A stretch of 32,000 nt of DNA, from contig OY970071.1 of the NCBI GenBank assembly GCA_963705375.1, positions 210,001 to 242,000 on the forward strand, given 5' to 3'. Source of the DNA: Candidatus Saccharimonadota bacterium (GTDB taxonomy: Archaea > Micrarchaeota > Micrarchaeia > Micrarchaeales > Micrarchaeaceae). Under the pieces are notes generated by a model. The model saw only the letters and a program-made list of their open reading frames with translations. It did no database searches and was not told the DNA's origin. Of the stretch, positions 16,958 to 25,822 are shown one piece after another (the stretch's first letter is position 1; each line of letters starts with the position of its first letter). A program made the translations under genes and the position numbers.

Positions 16958-17821
16958 ATGTACAAAAACGCGTCTGAACCAAAAGACAAACACGTTTCTG
17001 AGAGCACTAATGTGTTTGATGCGCACAGAAAACTGAACGGAGAGAATCGGGAGTTGCAGAGGGCCAACGACGCGCTGGAACGAGAGAATAAGAAATATCA
17101 GGAGTTCATACGTGCCAATGGAATCTGGGATCTTTTCTTCGAGTCAGACTACTACTGCGAAGAGATGTCTGATATCAGAGCGATTCAAAGAAAAGGGGAT
17201 GTGCTTGATGCTCTTTACGAGAGAGCCGCCACGCTTGATACTTTACTGAAGGACCAGACTAGTGCAGCATTCACATTGCATCAGGATAATGAAGATCTGG
17301 TATCTATAAATCGAGATCTGGCTGAGACCATAGAGGAGATAAAAGAAGCACAAAACGCAAAGGAAGAAGGCACGCAGCACGACGAGATCCAATCTGCATC
17401 AGGAACAGAGCTCTTCTCTGAACCGTTGGGTGAGGAGTTCGAACCAAAAAACACATGCAGTTCTTATGTCTCGATGGTTTCTGAGATTAACCAAAAGCTA
17501 AACCAACAGAATGAGGCGCTGCGGAAGACCAACGAAGCGCTGGTACAAAAGAGCAAGAAATATCAGGAGTTCATACGAGTGACTGGCTTCGATGAGTTTT
17601 ATTCCTGGTTTGACTACGGTGAAGAGGTGTCTGATCTCGAGGCGATTCAAATAAAGGATGACGAGGCCGATGCCATGTACGAGCAAATAAATGTGCTGGT
17701 TAGTTGCTTAGAGAATTATGATAGGGCATCATCAGAGCTGCAAGCAGATAATGAAGATCTGGTATCTAGGCACCAGGAGCTGACCGATACTATAAAAGCG
17801 ATGAAAAAGGCACGTGATTGA
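16958..17821 (+). CDS. hypothetical coiled-coil protein with internal ~130-140-aa duplication
   Basis: Two halves share 'N.AL....KKYQEFIR..G...F....Y.EE.SD..AIQ.K.D..DA.YE......L......A...L..DNEDLVS....L..TI...K.A'. Confidence 0.55.
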   Translation: MYKNASEPKDKHVSESTNVFDAHRKLNGENRELQRANDALERENKKYQEFIRANGIWDLFFESDYYCEEMSDIRAIQRKGDVLDALYERAATLDTLLKDQTSAAFTLHQDNEDLVSINRDLAETIEEIKEAQNAKEEGTQHDEIQSASGTELFSEPLGEEFEPKNTCSSYVSMVSEINQKLNQQNEALRKTNEALVQKSKKYQEFIRVTGFDEFYSWFDYGEEVSDLEAIQIKDDEADAMYEQINVLVSCLENYDRASSELQADNEDLVSRHQELTDTIKAMKKARD

Positions 17822-18006
17822 TGCTGGAACACATATAGAGATTATAATTATTGCCGGATATTTTACGAATTTAGTAATTAGACAAAATAGCAAGTTTATC
17901 GTCTATTATACTTGTAAATAATTATGTTAGGCAAGTGTCGAACCTACGAATTTCTGTAGAATAGCTTTAAGTATCTATTTGTCACCAATAAGGATCGGGT
18001 GGGACA

Positions 18007-18240
18007 GTGGATGACCTAATCGAAGGAAACGAATGCGACCTGAAGGTAGAAGCGAAAGGAGCAAGAGGCGAGGGCATAGGAAAGTATGGCGACCTCGTTG
18101 TTTTCGTGAAGGACGCGAAAACGCGCATAGGCAACATCTACAAGGTGAAGGTCACGAAAGTGCACAGGACCTTTGCTTATGCGGAGATTGCCAACAGCAA
18201 GAGGCAGTTTGTCTCCGGAAGCCTGATCGACTTCAGCTGA
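18007..18240 (+). CDS. TRAM domain protein (second copy in window)
   Basis: 'ECDLKVEAKGARGEGIGKYGDLVVFVKDAKTRIGNIYKVKVTKVHRTFAYAEI'. GTG start. Confidence 0.75.
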   Translation: MDDLIEGNECDLKVEAKGARGEGIGKYGDLVVFVKDAKTRIGNIYKVKVTKVHRTFAYAEIANSKRQFVSGSLIDFS

Positions 18241-18251
18241 ACAACCAAGCA

Positions 18252-18277
18252 AGCCCGCCGGCACTAAAAGGCGGGCT
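18252..18277 (+). terminator. GC-rich hairpin after the TRAM gene (8-bp stem, 10-nt loop)
   Basis: agcccgcc-ggcactaaaa-ggcgggct, 12 nt after the stop. Function inferred. Confidence 0.3.
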
Positions 18278-18356
18278 GTGTATGCTTGGCACAGGGAAAG
18301 AGCTTAATATTTAGGCTGGCTAGCAGATGACAAGCAAAATGGAATGAGGGGTTTGT

Positions 18357-18635
18357 TTGTTAAACAAGAAAAGGAATGTAGGGATTGCAGGCAGGATACT
18401 GGGGTTGGCTTTGGTACTCATTAGCCTGAGCGGGTGCATCGGCGCATACGCCCAGAATGAAATAAACCAACACATAATCACCGACCTCAACCTTGCGCAT
18501 CCTTATTACATCTCCGCGCTTTCGGACTTCAAGACGTACTTTGCAATACTCGGTGACGTGCTCGTGTTCGTGATAGGCCTGCTATTCCTGGCAGGAGTGT
18601 TCGACCTGAGCTTCGGATACAGGCTGTTCGGTTAA
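18357..18635 (+). CDS. putative small lipoprotein/membrane protein (lipobox-like LSGC)
   Basis: 'KKRNVGIAGRILGLALVLISLSGC|IGAY' reads as basic n-region, h-region and L-S-G-C. There is a C-terminal TM 'FAILGDVLVFVIGLLFLAGVF'. TTG start with 'gagggg' upstream. Confidence 0.5.
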   Translation: MLNKKRNVGIAGRILGLALVLISLSGCIGAYAQNEINQHIITDLNLAHPYYISALSDFKTYFAILGDVLVFVIGLLFLAGVFDLSFGYRLFG

Positions 18636-18645
18636 AGGTGGTAGC

Positions 18646-18927
18646 GTGTCGCCAAAGTCTAAGATAGAAACAAATGGATTCATGCAGGAACTGAAGTTCA
18701 ATACAATCGGCTATGAATACACAGGCAATGCGAAAGCAGTGATTCTGATACAGAGCTCTGATGAAAAGCTTGTCCGTTACGCAGACCGGTACAGGCAGGA
18801 ACATTTCAAAGGCATGGCAGTCGACCTCATGATCTGTCCTGACGAGCGTATACGTAACATGATGTACCAGAAGTTGCAGGCCAAGCTTGGCCTTGAAAAC
18901 GCCGTGATCTGCAGCATCCAAGATTAG
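18646..18927 (+). CDS. hypothetical protein (93 aa)
   Basis: ORF only, with a GTG start 10 nt after the preceding gene. No family recognised. Confidence 0.4.
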   Translation: MSPKSKIETNGFMQELKFNTIGYEYTGNAKAVILIQSSDEKLVRYADRYRQEHFKGMAVDLMICPDERIRNMMYQKLQAKLGLENAVICSIQD

Positions 18928-19013
18928 GTGCAGATCATCCGAGTTGCTTGGGCGTTAAGAGTAATGACGTAAACTACGCAAAACAATAAATAGGATGAAA
19001 TGTAAATAATATT

Positions 19014-19631
19014 ATGGCAAATTCTGATGGAGAACCCACAGGATGGTTTGGCTATTACAAAGGGCGCATGTTCAACCAGCACCTGCCTTCCGAAAGCATG
19101 AAGCCATTGAGCGCTTTTTTTAAACGGCAAAAAGTAAAAACGGTGCTGGATTTTGCCTGCGGAATGGGAAGAAACACAGTATATCTTGCAGGCAAAGGTT
19201 TCGACCTGTACGGATTCGACCAGTTTAGCTCAGTAATAAATGAAACCGCGAAGAATCTGAAGAAGAAGAGACTTCGCGCGCAGCTCAAAACTTTGGATAT
19301 GACAAAAAGGCTGCCATACGAGGACGATTTCTTCGATGCCGTCATAATAATCAGGGCACTTTATCATGCAAAGCTCAAGACGATAAACAAAGTGGCGAAA
19401 GATGTGGTAAGGGCAGTAAAGCCCGGAGGCTATATCTATATCGAGAGCTGGCAAAAGTTCGATAGAACGACAATGACTGCGAAGACCGCAGAAAAAGGAA
19501 CTTACGTTTACGGGAAAGGACACTATCACATGTTCAGTAAGAGCGAACTGAAAAGCCTATTTCCGAACTGCAGGCTGTTGAGCTTCAGCTTCAAAAACAG
19601 AAAGTTCCACATGCTGGCTCAAAAACTCTAA
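19014..19631 (+). CDS. class I SAM-dependent methyltransferase
   Basis: Motif I 'VLDFACGMGRNTVYLA', 'FDAVIIIRALYH', 'VKPGGYIYIES'. Confidence 0.85.
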   Translation: MANSDGEPTGWFGYYKGRMFNQHLPSESMKPLSAFFKRQKVKTVLDFACGMGRNTVYLAGKGFDLYGFDQFSSVINETAKNLKKKRLRAQLKTLDMTKRLPYEDDFFDAVIIIRALYHAKLKTINKVAKDVVRAVKPGGYIYIESWQKFDRTTMTAKTAEKGTYVYGKGHYHMFSKSELKSLFPNCRLLSFSFKNRKFHMLAQKL

Positions 19632-19682
19632 CACAAAACACAAGGAACGCAGTACCTGGACAAAACTGAAGACTTTATGCCT

Positions 19683-19742
19683 CTTTATCAAAATCACAAA
19701 CTACAGAGAACAAATTGCTACAAAAGACACAGCATAAATATT
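19683..19742 (+). promoter_or_regulatory. upstream element CTTTATCAAAATCACAA plus TATA-like AGCATAAATATT, copy 1
   Basis: The same bipartite arrangement recurs at 20520-20580 in front of the next gene. The TATA-like box ends 30 nt before ATG 19772. Confidence 0.45.
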
Positions 19743-19771
19743 CGGACAACAATAAACGATAAAGTGACTCG

Positions 19772-20437
19772 ATGGACGTTAAATCCACTGGAATACAGCA
19801 GGACTGGTTGACAGCAAGAGACCTTACTAGGAAAGACGGAGGACTACCCTCGAATGTGCTTCTTGATGATGTTCTGGTAAATTTGAAAAGATGGGAACTG
19901 CCGGGCGAGGCATCAGGCCCATTCTCTAGCAAGTATGTTTGGGCCAGAGAACTCGTAGTGACTCCTAAAGCAGGAGGAATATTTGAAAGCAATCGGGATG
20001 TTGTTGTAGAAGACTGGTTTACTTCTAAATGGGTACTTCCGGCCCAATGCATACCAGAGGAGGCAATAGGCAGGCGCGGCGTGGCACTCTTCGTAGACCC
20101 TGATGACGTGGTGGTCGAAGGCAACACAGTGACAGTTATCGCGAGAAGTAATGATTCAATAAAAATAGTGGAGAACTTTCTGCAAGATGACAATGTAGGC
20201 AAAGTGGATCAGACAACAAGACTGCCGGTCAAAGCATCTTCAGATGAGCTTGATCAGCTTGCAGATGAAGACAAGCGTTATCTTTGGAGGGCAGTCCTCA
20301 TGCCCGCGATAAGGCCCATTTCCCGTATATTTAATTTTAATGAGGACTACGGCCACGTCGTTGTTCTAAATGAAACCCCGGAGTATTTACGTTGGGTGAT
20401 GACGGTCGCGTTCGAGGAAATTGTTGCCGTTGAGTGA
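19772..20437 (+). CDS. hypothetical protein (221 aa)
   Basis: Long ORF preceded by a promoter-like element. No family recognised. Confidence 0.55.
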   Translation: MDVKSTGIQQDWLTARDLTRKDGGLPSNVLLDDVLVNLKRWELPGEASGPFSSKYVWARELVVTPKAGGIFESNRDVVVEDWFTSKWVLPAQCIPEEAIGRRGVALFVDPDDVVVEGNTVTVIARSNDSIKIVENFLQDDNVGKVDQTTRLPVKASSDELDQLADEDKRYLWRAVLMPAIRPISRIFNFNEDYGHVVVLNETPEYLRWVMTVAFEEIVAVE

Positions 20438-20519
20438 GGACATCCTCATTCGAAGAAGCTGCACGCGTATAGATCGAAGTCGAAAGGAAGAGTAACAATG
20501 AACCTATCCGCCACACACC

Positions 20520-20580
20520 CTTTTATCAAAATCACAAGATTTCGCAAATAAAATGCCTGAAAACTGAGCATATAAATATC
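20520..20580 (+). promoter_or_regulatory. upstream element CTTTTATCAAAATCACAA plus TATA-like GAGCATATAAATATC, copy 2
   Basis: The 15-nt core TTATCAAAATCACAA is identical to copy 1. The TATA-like box ends 28 nt before ATG 20608. Confidence 0.45.
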
Positions 20581-20607
20581 TGGGAAAGCACCATATTATG
20601 CGATACC

Positions 20608-21123
20608 ATGTCTAAAGAGGTAACTACGCAACCAAACAGAACAGCTGATGGCAAACAGATCAACACGGCAACAGCAGAACCCACAAACATTGCACACGAA
20701 TCTTTCAAAGAACGTCTTGATATGTGGCGGTTGCAGAGGATGCAGAGGAAAGAGATAGATGCTGAACTCAAGGAGTGGTTCGCACCTAAAAGTACAAGCA
20801 ATCATGCGGATCAACGCAATAGGGATCATAGTGGCAGTATTCTGTGTGGTGCACTGGTAGGTGTACCTGTGGCCGTGTGTACTGCGGCAGCTTATTTCTC
20901 TGGCGCGTTTAATACCCTGACGAATTTTCTAACAACAGCCGGTAACGGCATATATGCGGCCGTTGGGGCAGTGGCTGCTGTCGTGATTGGAGGCGCCATC
21001 ATCTTAAGTTGCACTACTAGCGGGGACAAAAAGAGCCAAACGCAAGACAATAGTGACACGTCCAGGCAAGAAACTGGTTTCTGGTATCCGCACAAGGACT
21101 ACATGCGGTATGAGGATATGTAG
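20608..21123 (+). CDS. hypothetical membrane protein (two predicted TM helices)
   Basis: Hydrophobic segments 'ILCGALVGVPVAVCTAAAYFSGAF' and 'GIYAAVGAVAAVVIGGAIILSC', flanked by polar N- and C-terminal regions. Confidence 0.55.
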   Translation: MSKEVTTQPNRTADGKQINTATAEPTNIAHESFKERLDMWRLQRMQRKEIDAELKEWFAPKSTSNHADQRNRDHSGSILCGALVGVPVAVCTAAAYFSGAFNTLTNFLTTAGNGIYAAVGAVAAVVIGGAIILSCTTSGDKKSQTQDNSDTSRQETGFWYPHKDYMRYEDM

Positions 21124-21345
21124 TATTATGGCATGTCGGTTTTGATTAAAAATACAGAATGTTTTCGAGCGCAACGTCGCACAGAGTAAAGACTTATATA
21201 GTTATGTTTTTTAAATATAACATTCTGTGCGACTTGTAGCTGTTGATTAGGCGCGACGGCTATTGAATTTATTAGAATTTGTCAGTAACCAGTTCATTAA
21301 CCAGTCATCATGGTGGCAGATGCTTTATGCTGTATGGGTGCATGA

Positions 21346-21984
21346 ATGGATTCTCTAGACTACAAAAAATACATGAAAGGTACAACGACAGTTGGAATAA
21401 TTTGCGGAGACGGTGTTGTGGTCGGCGCAGATACGCGCGCGACTATGGACACGTTCATAGCGAGCTCCGAGGCAAGGAAGGTGTGGAAGATAGACGATTA
21501 TCTTGCGTTGACGATAGCTGGCTCTGTCGGTGACGCGCAGGAACTCATAAGGATACTCAAGGCGCAGAACGAAATATACAAGATGAATGAGAACAGGCAG
21601 TTTTCTGCGAAGTCTGCCGCTTCGCTGCTTTCGGTAATAATGCAGGAGAGCAAGATGGTTCCGTTCTACAACGAGCTCATAGTTGCGGGTATGGATGACG
21701 GCATGCCTGCACTGTATGTGATAGACCCGATAGGCGGCTATACGCAGGAGAGCATGTTCGCATCTACGGGTTCAGGATCGCTCACAGCACTCGGATACAT
21801 AGAGGACGTGTACAAGAAAGGCATGACGGCAAAAGAGGCAGTGAAAGGCATTGCCAAGGCGCTCACAATAGCGATGAAACATGACTCCGCTACAGGAGAC
21901 AATATGATAATTTCAACGATAACGAAGTCAGGTTACACAGAATATGCAGGCAAAGATCTGGAGAAGATACTTGCGAGCAAGTGA
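21346..21984 (+). CDS. psmB: proteasome subunit beta
   Basis: Short propeptide followed by the catalytic 'TTTVGIICGDGVVVGADTRAT'. The 212-aa length is typical. Confidence 0.93.
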   Translation: MDSLDYKKYMKGTTTVGIICGDGVVVGADTRATMDTFIASSEARKVWKIDDYLALTIAGSVGDAQELIRILKAQNEIYKMNENRQFSAKSAASLLSVIMQESKMVPFYNELIVAGMDDGMPALYVIDPIGGYTQESMFASTGSGSLTALGYIEDVYKKGMTAKEAVKGIAKALTIAMKHDSATGDNMIISTITKSGYTEYAGKDLEKILASK

Positions 21985-22055
21985 CTTTCGTACTTTTTGG
22001 CTGAGTCGCCCTTAAATATAGGGTATGATGAAGGCGTGATTTTTTGCAGGAACCA

Positions 22056-24014
22056 ATGGAAGGAGAAGCAGGAATAGCAAAAGAAGGAAAACCAGGAGCG
22101 GAAGCTCTTTTTGCAAAGATAAAGGAGATGCTGCCCAGCGAGGCCGGTTTCGTCAAGGCGGAATTCGAAGGCCCAGACATCATCGTCTACCTGAAGAACT
22201 CCAAGATCATATACGAAAACGAGACGATAATACGGGGCATAGCATCTTCGATCAAAAAGAAGATCATCGTGCGCAGCGACAGCTCTGCGCTGATGAATCC
22301 CGAAGAGGCGAAGGCACTCATAGAGTCGCTGGTGCCGAAAGAGGCAGTGATAGCGAACATAAGGTTCGTGCCGGAGTTTTCCGAAGTATACATAGAAGCG
22401 CTGAAACCCGGCCTTGTGATAGGCAAGGGCGGCTCCACTCTCAAGAGCATAGGCTTCCAGACAAGATGGTCTCCGAAGATACTGAGAACACCGACGATGA
22501 GCAGCGAGACCATCTCGAAGGTCAGGCAGCTGTTCTTCAGCGAATCGGAGTTCAGGAAGAAGTTCCTCATAGGCCTAGGCAAGAGCATAAGCAAGCCTCT
22601 GGGAAACAGCGAATGGTTCAAGGCGACCGCGCTCGGCGGCTACCGTGAAGTCGGAAGGAGCTCCTTGCTCCTGAGCACCCCACATTCGAACATAATAATC
22701 GACTGCGGCCTTTCACCGGAACCTGCAGTAAGAGGACTGGACGCCAACAGCGGAGACATCAACAAGGCATTCCCTTATCTTGACAGCGCCAACATATCGA
22801 TAAACGAGCTTGATGCGGTAATACTGACGCACGCTCACATGGACCACATAGGCTTCGTGCCGTACCTGTTCAAGTACGGTTACGAGGGCCCGGTGTACTG
22901 CACCCCACCAACAAAGGAGCTTGCTGCGCTTCTGCTGAATGACTATGTGAAGCTGGTGCAGCGCAGCGGAGGCACTCCTCTGTATGGAGAGAAGGACATA
23001 CGCAGCATGCTCCTGCACATGGTCACAAGGGACTACGGAGAAGTCACCAACATAACCGACGAGCTGAAGCTCACATACCACAACGCAGGGCACATACTCG
23101 GCAGCTCCACCGTGCACCTTCATGTCGGAGAAGGCATGTACAATGTCGTGCACACGGGCGACATGAAATACGGGTTCACCAGGCTTTACGATCCGGCAAG
23201 CACAAGGTATCCTCGCATAGATTCACTTTTCATCGAAAGCACATACGGAGGCCCGAACGACATAACGCAGAACCGAGGCGTCGCAGAGCACGAGATAATG
23301 GAGATAATCAAATCGACGATACAGAACAACGGCAAGGTGCTCATGCCTCTGTTCTCTGTAGGAAGAGGGCAGGAGATGCAGCTTGTGCTTGAGAACTACA
23401 TGGCGGCACAAGGGCCGTACAAGCTCGACGTGCCAGTGTATCTCGACGGCATGATACTCGAGGCAAGCGCGATGCACACCGCATATCCCGAATACCTTAA
23501 GGAGAGCCTGCGCGAAAGGATCCTGAACAACAGGTCACCGTTCGAGAGTGAGATATTCGAAGTGATAAAGGGCGAGCGCAGCGAGATTGACGAGAGAGGC
23601 CCTGCAATAATACTGGCAAGCGGCGGAATGCTGAACGGAGGCGCAAGCCTGGACTACTTCCGAATGCTCGCAGATGATCCTAAGAACGCGATCATCTTCG
23701 TGGGATACAACAGCGTGAACTCCATGGGAAGGCGCGTGCAGAACGGAATTCACGAGGTGCCACTGCCTGACGAGGACGGCAAGCTGATGCCTGTCAAGGT
23801 CAACATGAAAGTCAAGACCGTAGAGGGCTTCTCAGGCCACAGCGACAGGAAGCAGCTGATAAGCTTCGTAGAGAACCTGCGCCCGAGGCCCAAAAGCATA
23901 TTCACCATGCACGGCGAAGAGCAGAAGTGCGAGGACCTTGCGAGGACCCTAGGCAGAATAATGCATGCAGAAGCCAGGGCGCCGATGAACCTCGACACCA
24001 TAAGGCTTAAGTAA
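22056..24014 (+). CDS. fttA: aCPSF1/FttA beta-CASP ribonuclease with N-terminal KH domains
   Basis: KH motif 'VIGKGGSTLKSI', metallo-beta-lactamase 'LTHAHMDHIG', and a beta-CASP C-terminal half. I prefer ATG 22056; the track's TTG at 22044 is an in-frame alternative. Confidence 0.92.
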   Translation: MEGEAGIAKEGKPGAEALFAKIKEMLPSEAGFVKAEFEGPDIIVYLKNSKIIYENETIIRGIASSIKKKIIVRSDSSALMNPEEAKALIESLVPKEAVIANIRFVPEFSEVYIEALKPGLVIGKGGSTLKSIGFQTRWSPKILRTPTMSSETISKVRQLFFSESEFRKKFLIGLGKSISKPLGNSEWFKATALGGYREVGRSSLLLSTPHSNIIIDCGLSPEPAVRGLDANSGDINKAFPYLDSANISINELDAVILTHAHMDHIGFVPYLFKYGYEGPVYCTPPTKELAALLLNDYVKLVQRSGGTPLYGEKDIRSMLLHMVTRDYGEVTNITDELKLTYHNAGHILGSSTVHLHVGEGMYNVVHTGDMKYGFTRLYDPASTRYPRIDSLFIESTYGGPNDITQNRGVAEHEIMEIIKSTIQNNGKVLMPLFSVGRGQEMQLVLENYMAAQGPYKLDVPVYLDGMILEASAMHTAYPEYLKESLRERILNNRSPFESEIFEVIKGERSEIDERGPAIILASGGMLNGGASLDYFRMLADDPKNAIIFVGYNSVNSMGRRVQNGIHEVPLPDEDGKLMPVKVNMKVKTVEGFSGHSDRKQLISFVENLRPRPKSIFTMHGEEQKCEDLARTLGRIMHAEARAPMNLDTIRLK

Positions 24015-24045
24015 CTCAGATGTAAGAAACATAAAGGGTGGTTGA

Positions 24046-24642
24046 ATGGTTGCTGAAGCGCTAACGCCTTCGGGCATAGAGCCTGCCGGCACGGTTGTTC
24101 CGTCTGCTCCTACCAATAATGTGAAGCTTCCGGGCAATGCCTCACCTCAGGCAAATGCAGGCACAAAGCAATCAAACCAAATGGGGCCGCAGGCATCCGC
24201 GAGCGCACAACCTGCAAAACCAGTCTCTGCTCAAGCATCCGCAGAAAGCTCAAGGCCTTCAGACATTGTCCTCTCATGGGAAAAGTACGGCAAGATTCTA
24301 GACGAACTTAGCCGCAGGCTGAAAGCTGTAGCAGTCTATGAGAAATGGAAGTATGTCTGCGGAGTTCCGAGAGGCGGTTTGGCCATTGCAATCTACCTGT
24401 CATACCAGTTGGAGTTGCCGATGATAGACCTGGAAAAGCTGTACATAGTCAAAGGTCTGAAGATCCTCATGGTTAATGACGTCTCGGCAGGGAATATGCT
24501 TTTGGCGCTGAAAAAAAGGGCAGAGGCCAATAGGCATAAAGTCTTCACAACAACACTCTATCTCAACAAGAATGCCAAATTCATGCCAGACATGTACATC
24601 GAAAAGACAGAGGGGTGGGTAAAGTTCCCTTATGAGAAATAG
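24046..24642 (+). CDS. phosphoribosyltransferase-fold protein with degenerate PRPP-binding loop and low-complexity N-terminus
   Basis: 'YVCGVPRGGLAIAIYLSYQLELPMI' is typical of type I PRTases. The expected 'VDD(V/I).DTG.T' loop reads 'VNDVSAGNML' instead. The first ~70 aa are A/P/Q/S-rich. Confidence 0.6.
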   Translation: MVAEALTPSGIEPAGTVVPSAPTNNVKLPGNASPQANAGTKQSNQMGPQASASAQPAKPVSAQASAESSRPSDIVLSWEKYGKILDELSRRLKAVAVYEKWKYVCGVPRGGLAIAIYLSYQLELPMIDLEKLYIVKGLKILMVNDVSAGNMLLALKKRAEANRHKVFTTTLYLNKNAKFMPDMYIEKTEGWVKFPYEK

Positions 24643-24657
24643 GCACGTCTTTGCTTG

Positions 24658-25782
24658 TCAGAAAATGCCGAAAATCCCGCCGAACTTGCCTTTTGAATCG
24701 TCATCGTGACCTGCGAACTTCCTGACGAGCTCTTTCTGCTCCTTTGTGAGGTGCTTCGGTATGTCGACGATTATGTTTGCGACCTCGTCTCCCGTACCGC
24801 TGCCTTGGAAGCGCGGCATGCCCTCCCCTTTTATTACCACCTTTGCGTTGTTCTGGGTGCCTTCTTCTATGTCCATACTCTTCTTGCCATTCAATGTAGG
24901 CACCTGTATAGTGCCTCCGAGCAGCGCCACCGCCAAGGGTATCTTGACATCGACAGCTATGTTTTCGCCGTCGCGCCTGAACGTCCGGTCCCTCTGCACC
25001 TCTATGTCGATGTAAAGGTCGCCTGCGCCGTCCCGACCATAGTCGCCCATGTTCTTCAGCCTTAGCCTTGCGCCCGTTTCGACGCCTTTCGGTATTGTCA
25101 CTTCAACGTCATCCTCTACCTGTATGTACGCCCTGCCGTTGCACTTCTTGCAAATGCTTTCGAACATCTTGCCTGTGCCTCTGCACTTCGGACAAACACC
25201 TATCGTCTGGATCATGCCGAACGGTGTCCTTTGCGTCTCGCGCACCTGACCTGCGCCGTTGCACCTGTCGCACTTGTGCGCCCCTGTGCCAGGCTCGTTG
25301 CCCTGCCCTTTGCACCTGTCGCAGGGTTTGACGTGCCTGACCCTTAATGTTTTCTTGGTGCTGTGCGCCGCCTCGAGTAGGGTGACGCTCACTCTCGCAA
25401 GTATGTCATTGCCGTATTCGCCTCCTCTGCCTGTACCCTGGTTGAAACCGAACATGCTGGCTATGTCCTGCTCATCGAAACCGAAGTTGAAGCCGAGATC
25501 CTTGAACACCCTGTCGAAATCGAAGTTGCGGAATATGTCCTCTTGCGAGTAGCGCTGGCCGAACTGTTCTGCACCAAACATGTCGTACTGCCTGCGCTTC
25601 TCAACATCGCCCAAGACCGCGTAAGCCGCATTGATTTTCTTGAATGTTTCTTCGGCGTTTTTATCTTTGTTGCGGTCCGGATGGTACTTCAGGGCCAGAT
25701 TACGGTAAGCTTCCTTTATCCGATCAGTAGGCGCATCCTTTGGTACGCCCAATATCTCATAATAATCATCGGCCATCATCAA
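24658..25782 (-). CDS. dnaJ: molecular chaperone DnaJ (Hsp40)
   Basis: J-domain 'DYYEILGV...KYHPDRN', a G/F-rich region, and four CxxCxG motifs (CDRCKGQG, CDRCNGAG, CPKCRGTG, CKKCNGRA). Confidence 0.96.
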   Translation of the reverse strand: MMMADDYYEILGVPKDAPTDRIKEAYRNLALKYHPDRNKDKNAEETFKKINAAYAVLGDVEKRRQYDMFGAEQFGQRYSQEDIFRNFDFDRVFKDLGFNFGFDEQDIASMFGFNQGTGRGGEYGNDILARVSVTLLEAAHSTKKTLRVRHVKPCDRCKGQGNEPGTGAHKCDRCNGAGQVRETQRTPFGMIQTIGVCPKCRGTGKMFESICKKCNGRAYIQVEDDVEVTIPKGVETGARLRLKNMGDYGRDGAGDLYIDIEVQRDRTFRRDGENIAVDVKIPLAVALLGGTIQVPTLNGKKSMDIEEGTQNNAKVVIKGEGMPRFQGSGTGDEVANIIVDIPKHLTKEQKELVRKFAGHDDDSKGKFGGIFGIF

Positions 25783-25822
25783 TCACGGTGCTTCCTACGT
25801 CTTCAATCACTACCTCACACTA

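Noticed and set aside
12718-18006. A by-eye search for tRNA or other structured RNA genes in the spacers 12718-12853, 14459-14693 and 17822-18006.
   Set aside because: I found no cloverleaf-compatible acceptor/T-arm pairings or conserved GTTC-type boxes. A proper tRNAscan/Infernal run would be needed to exclude them formally.
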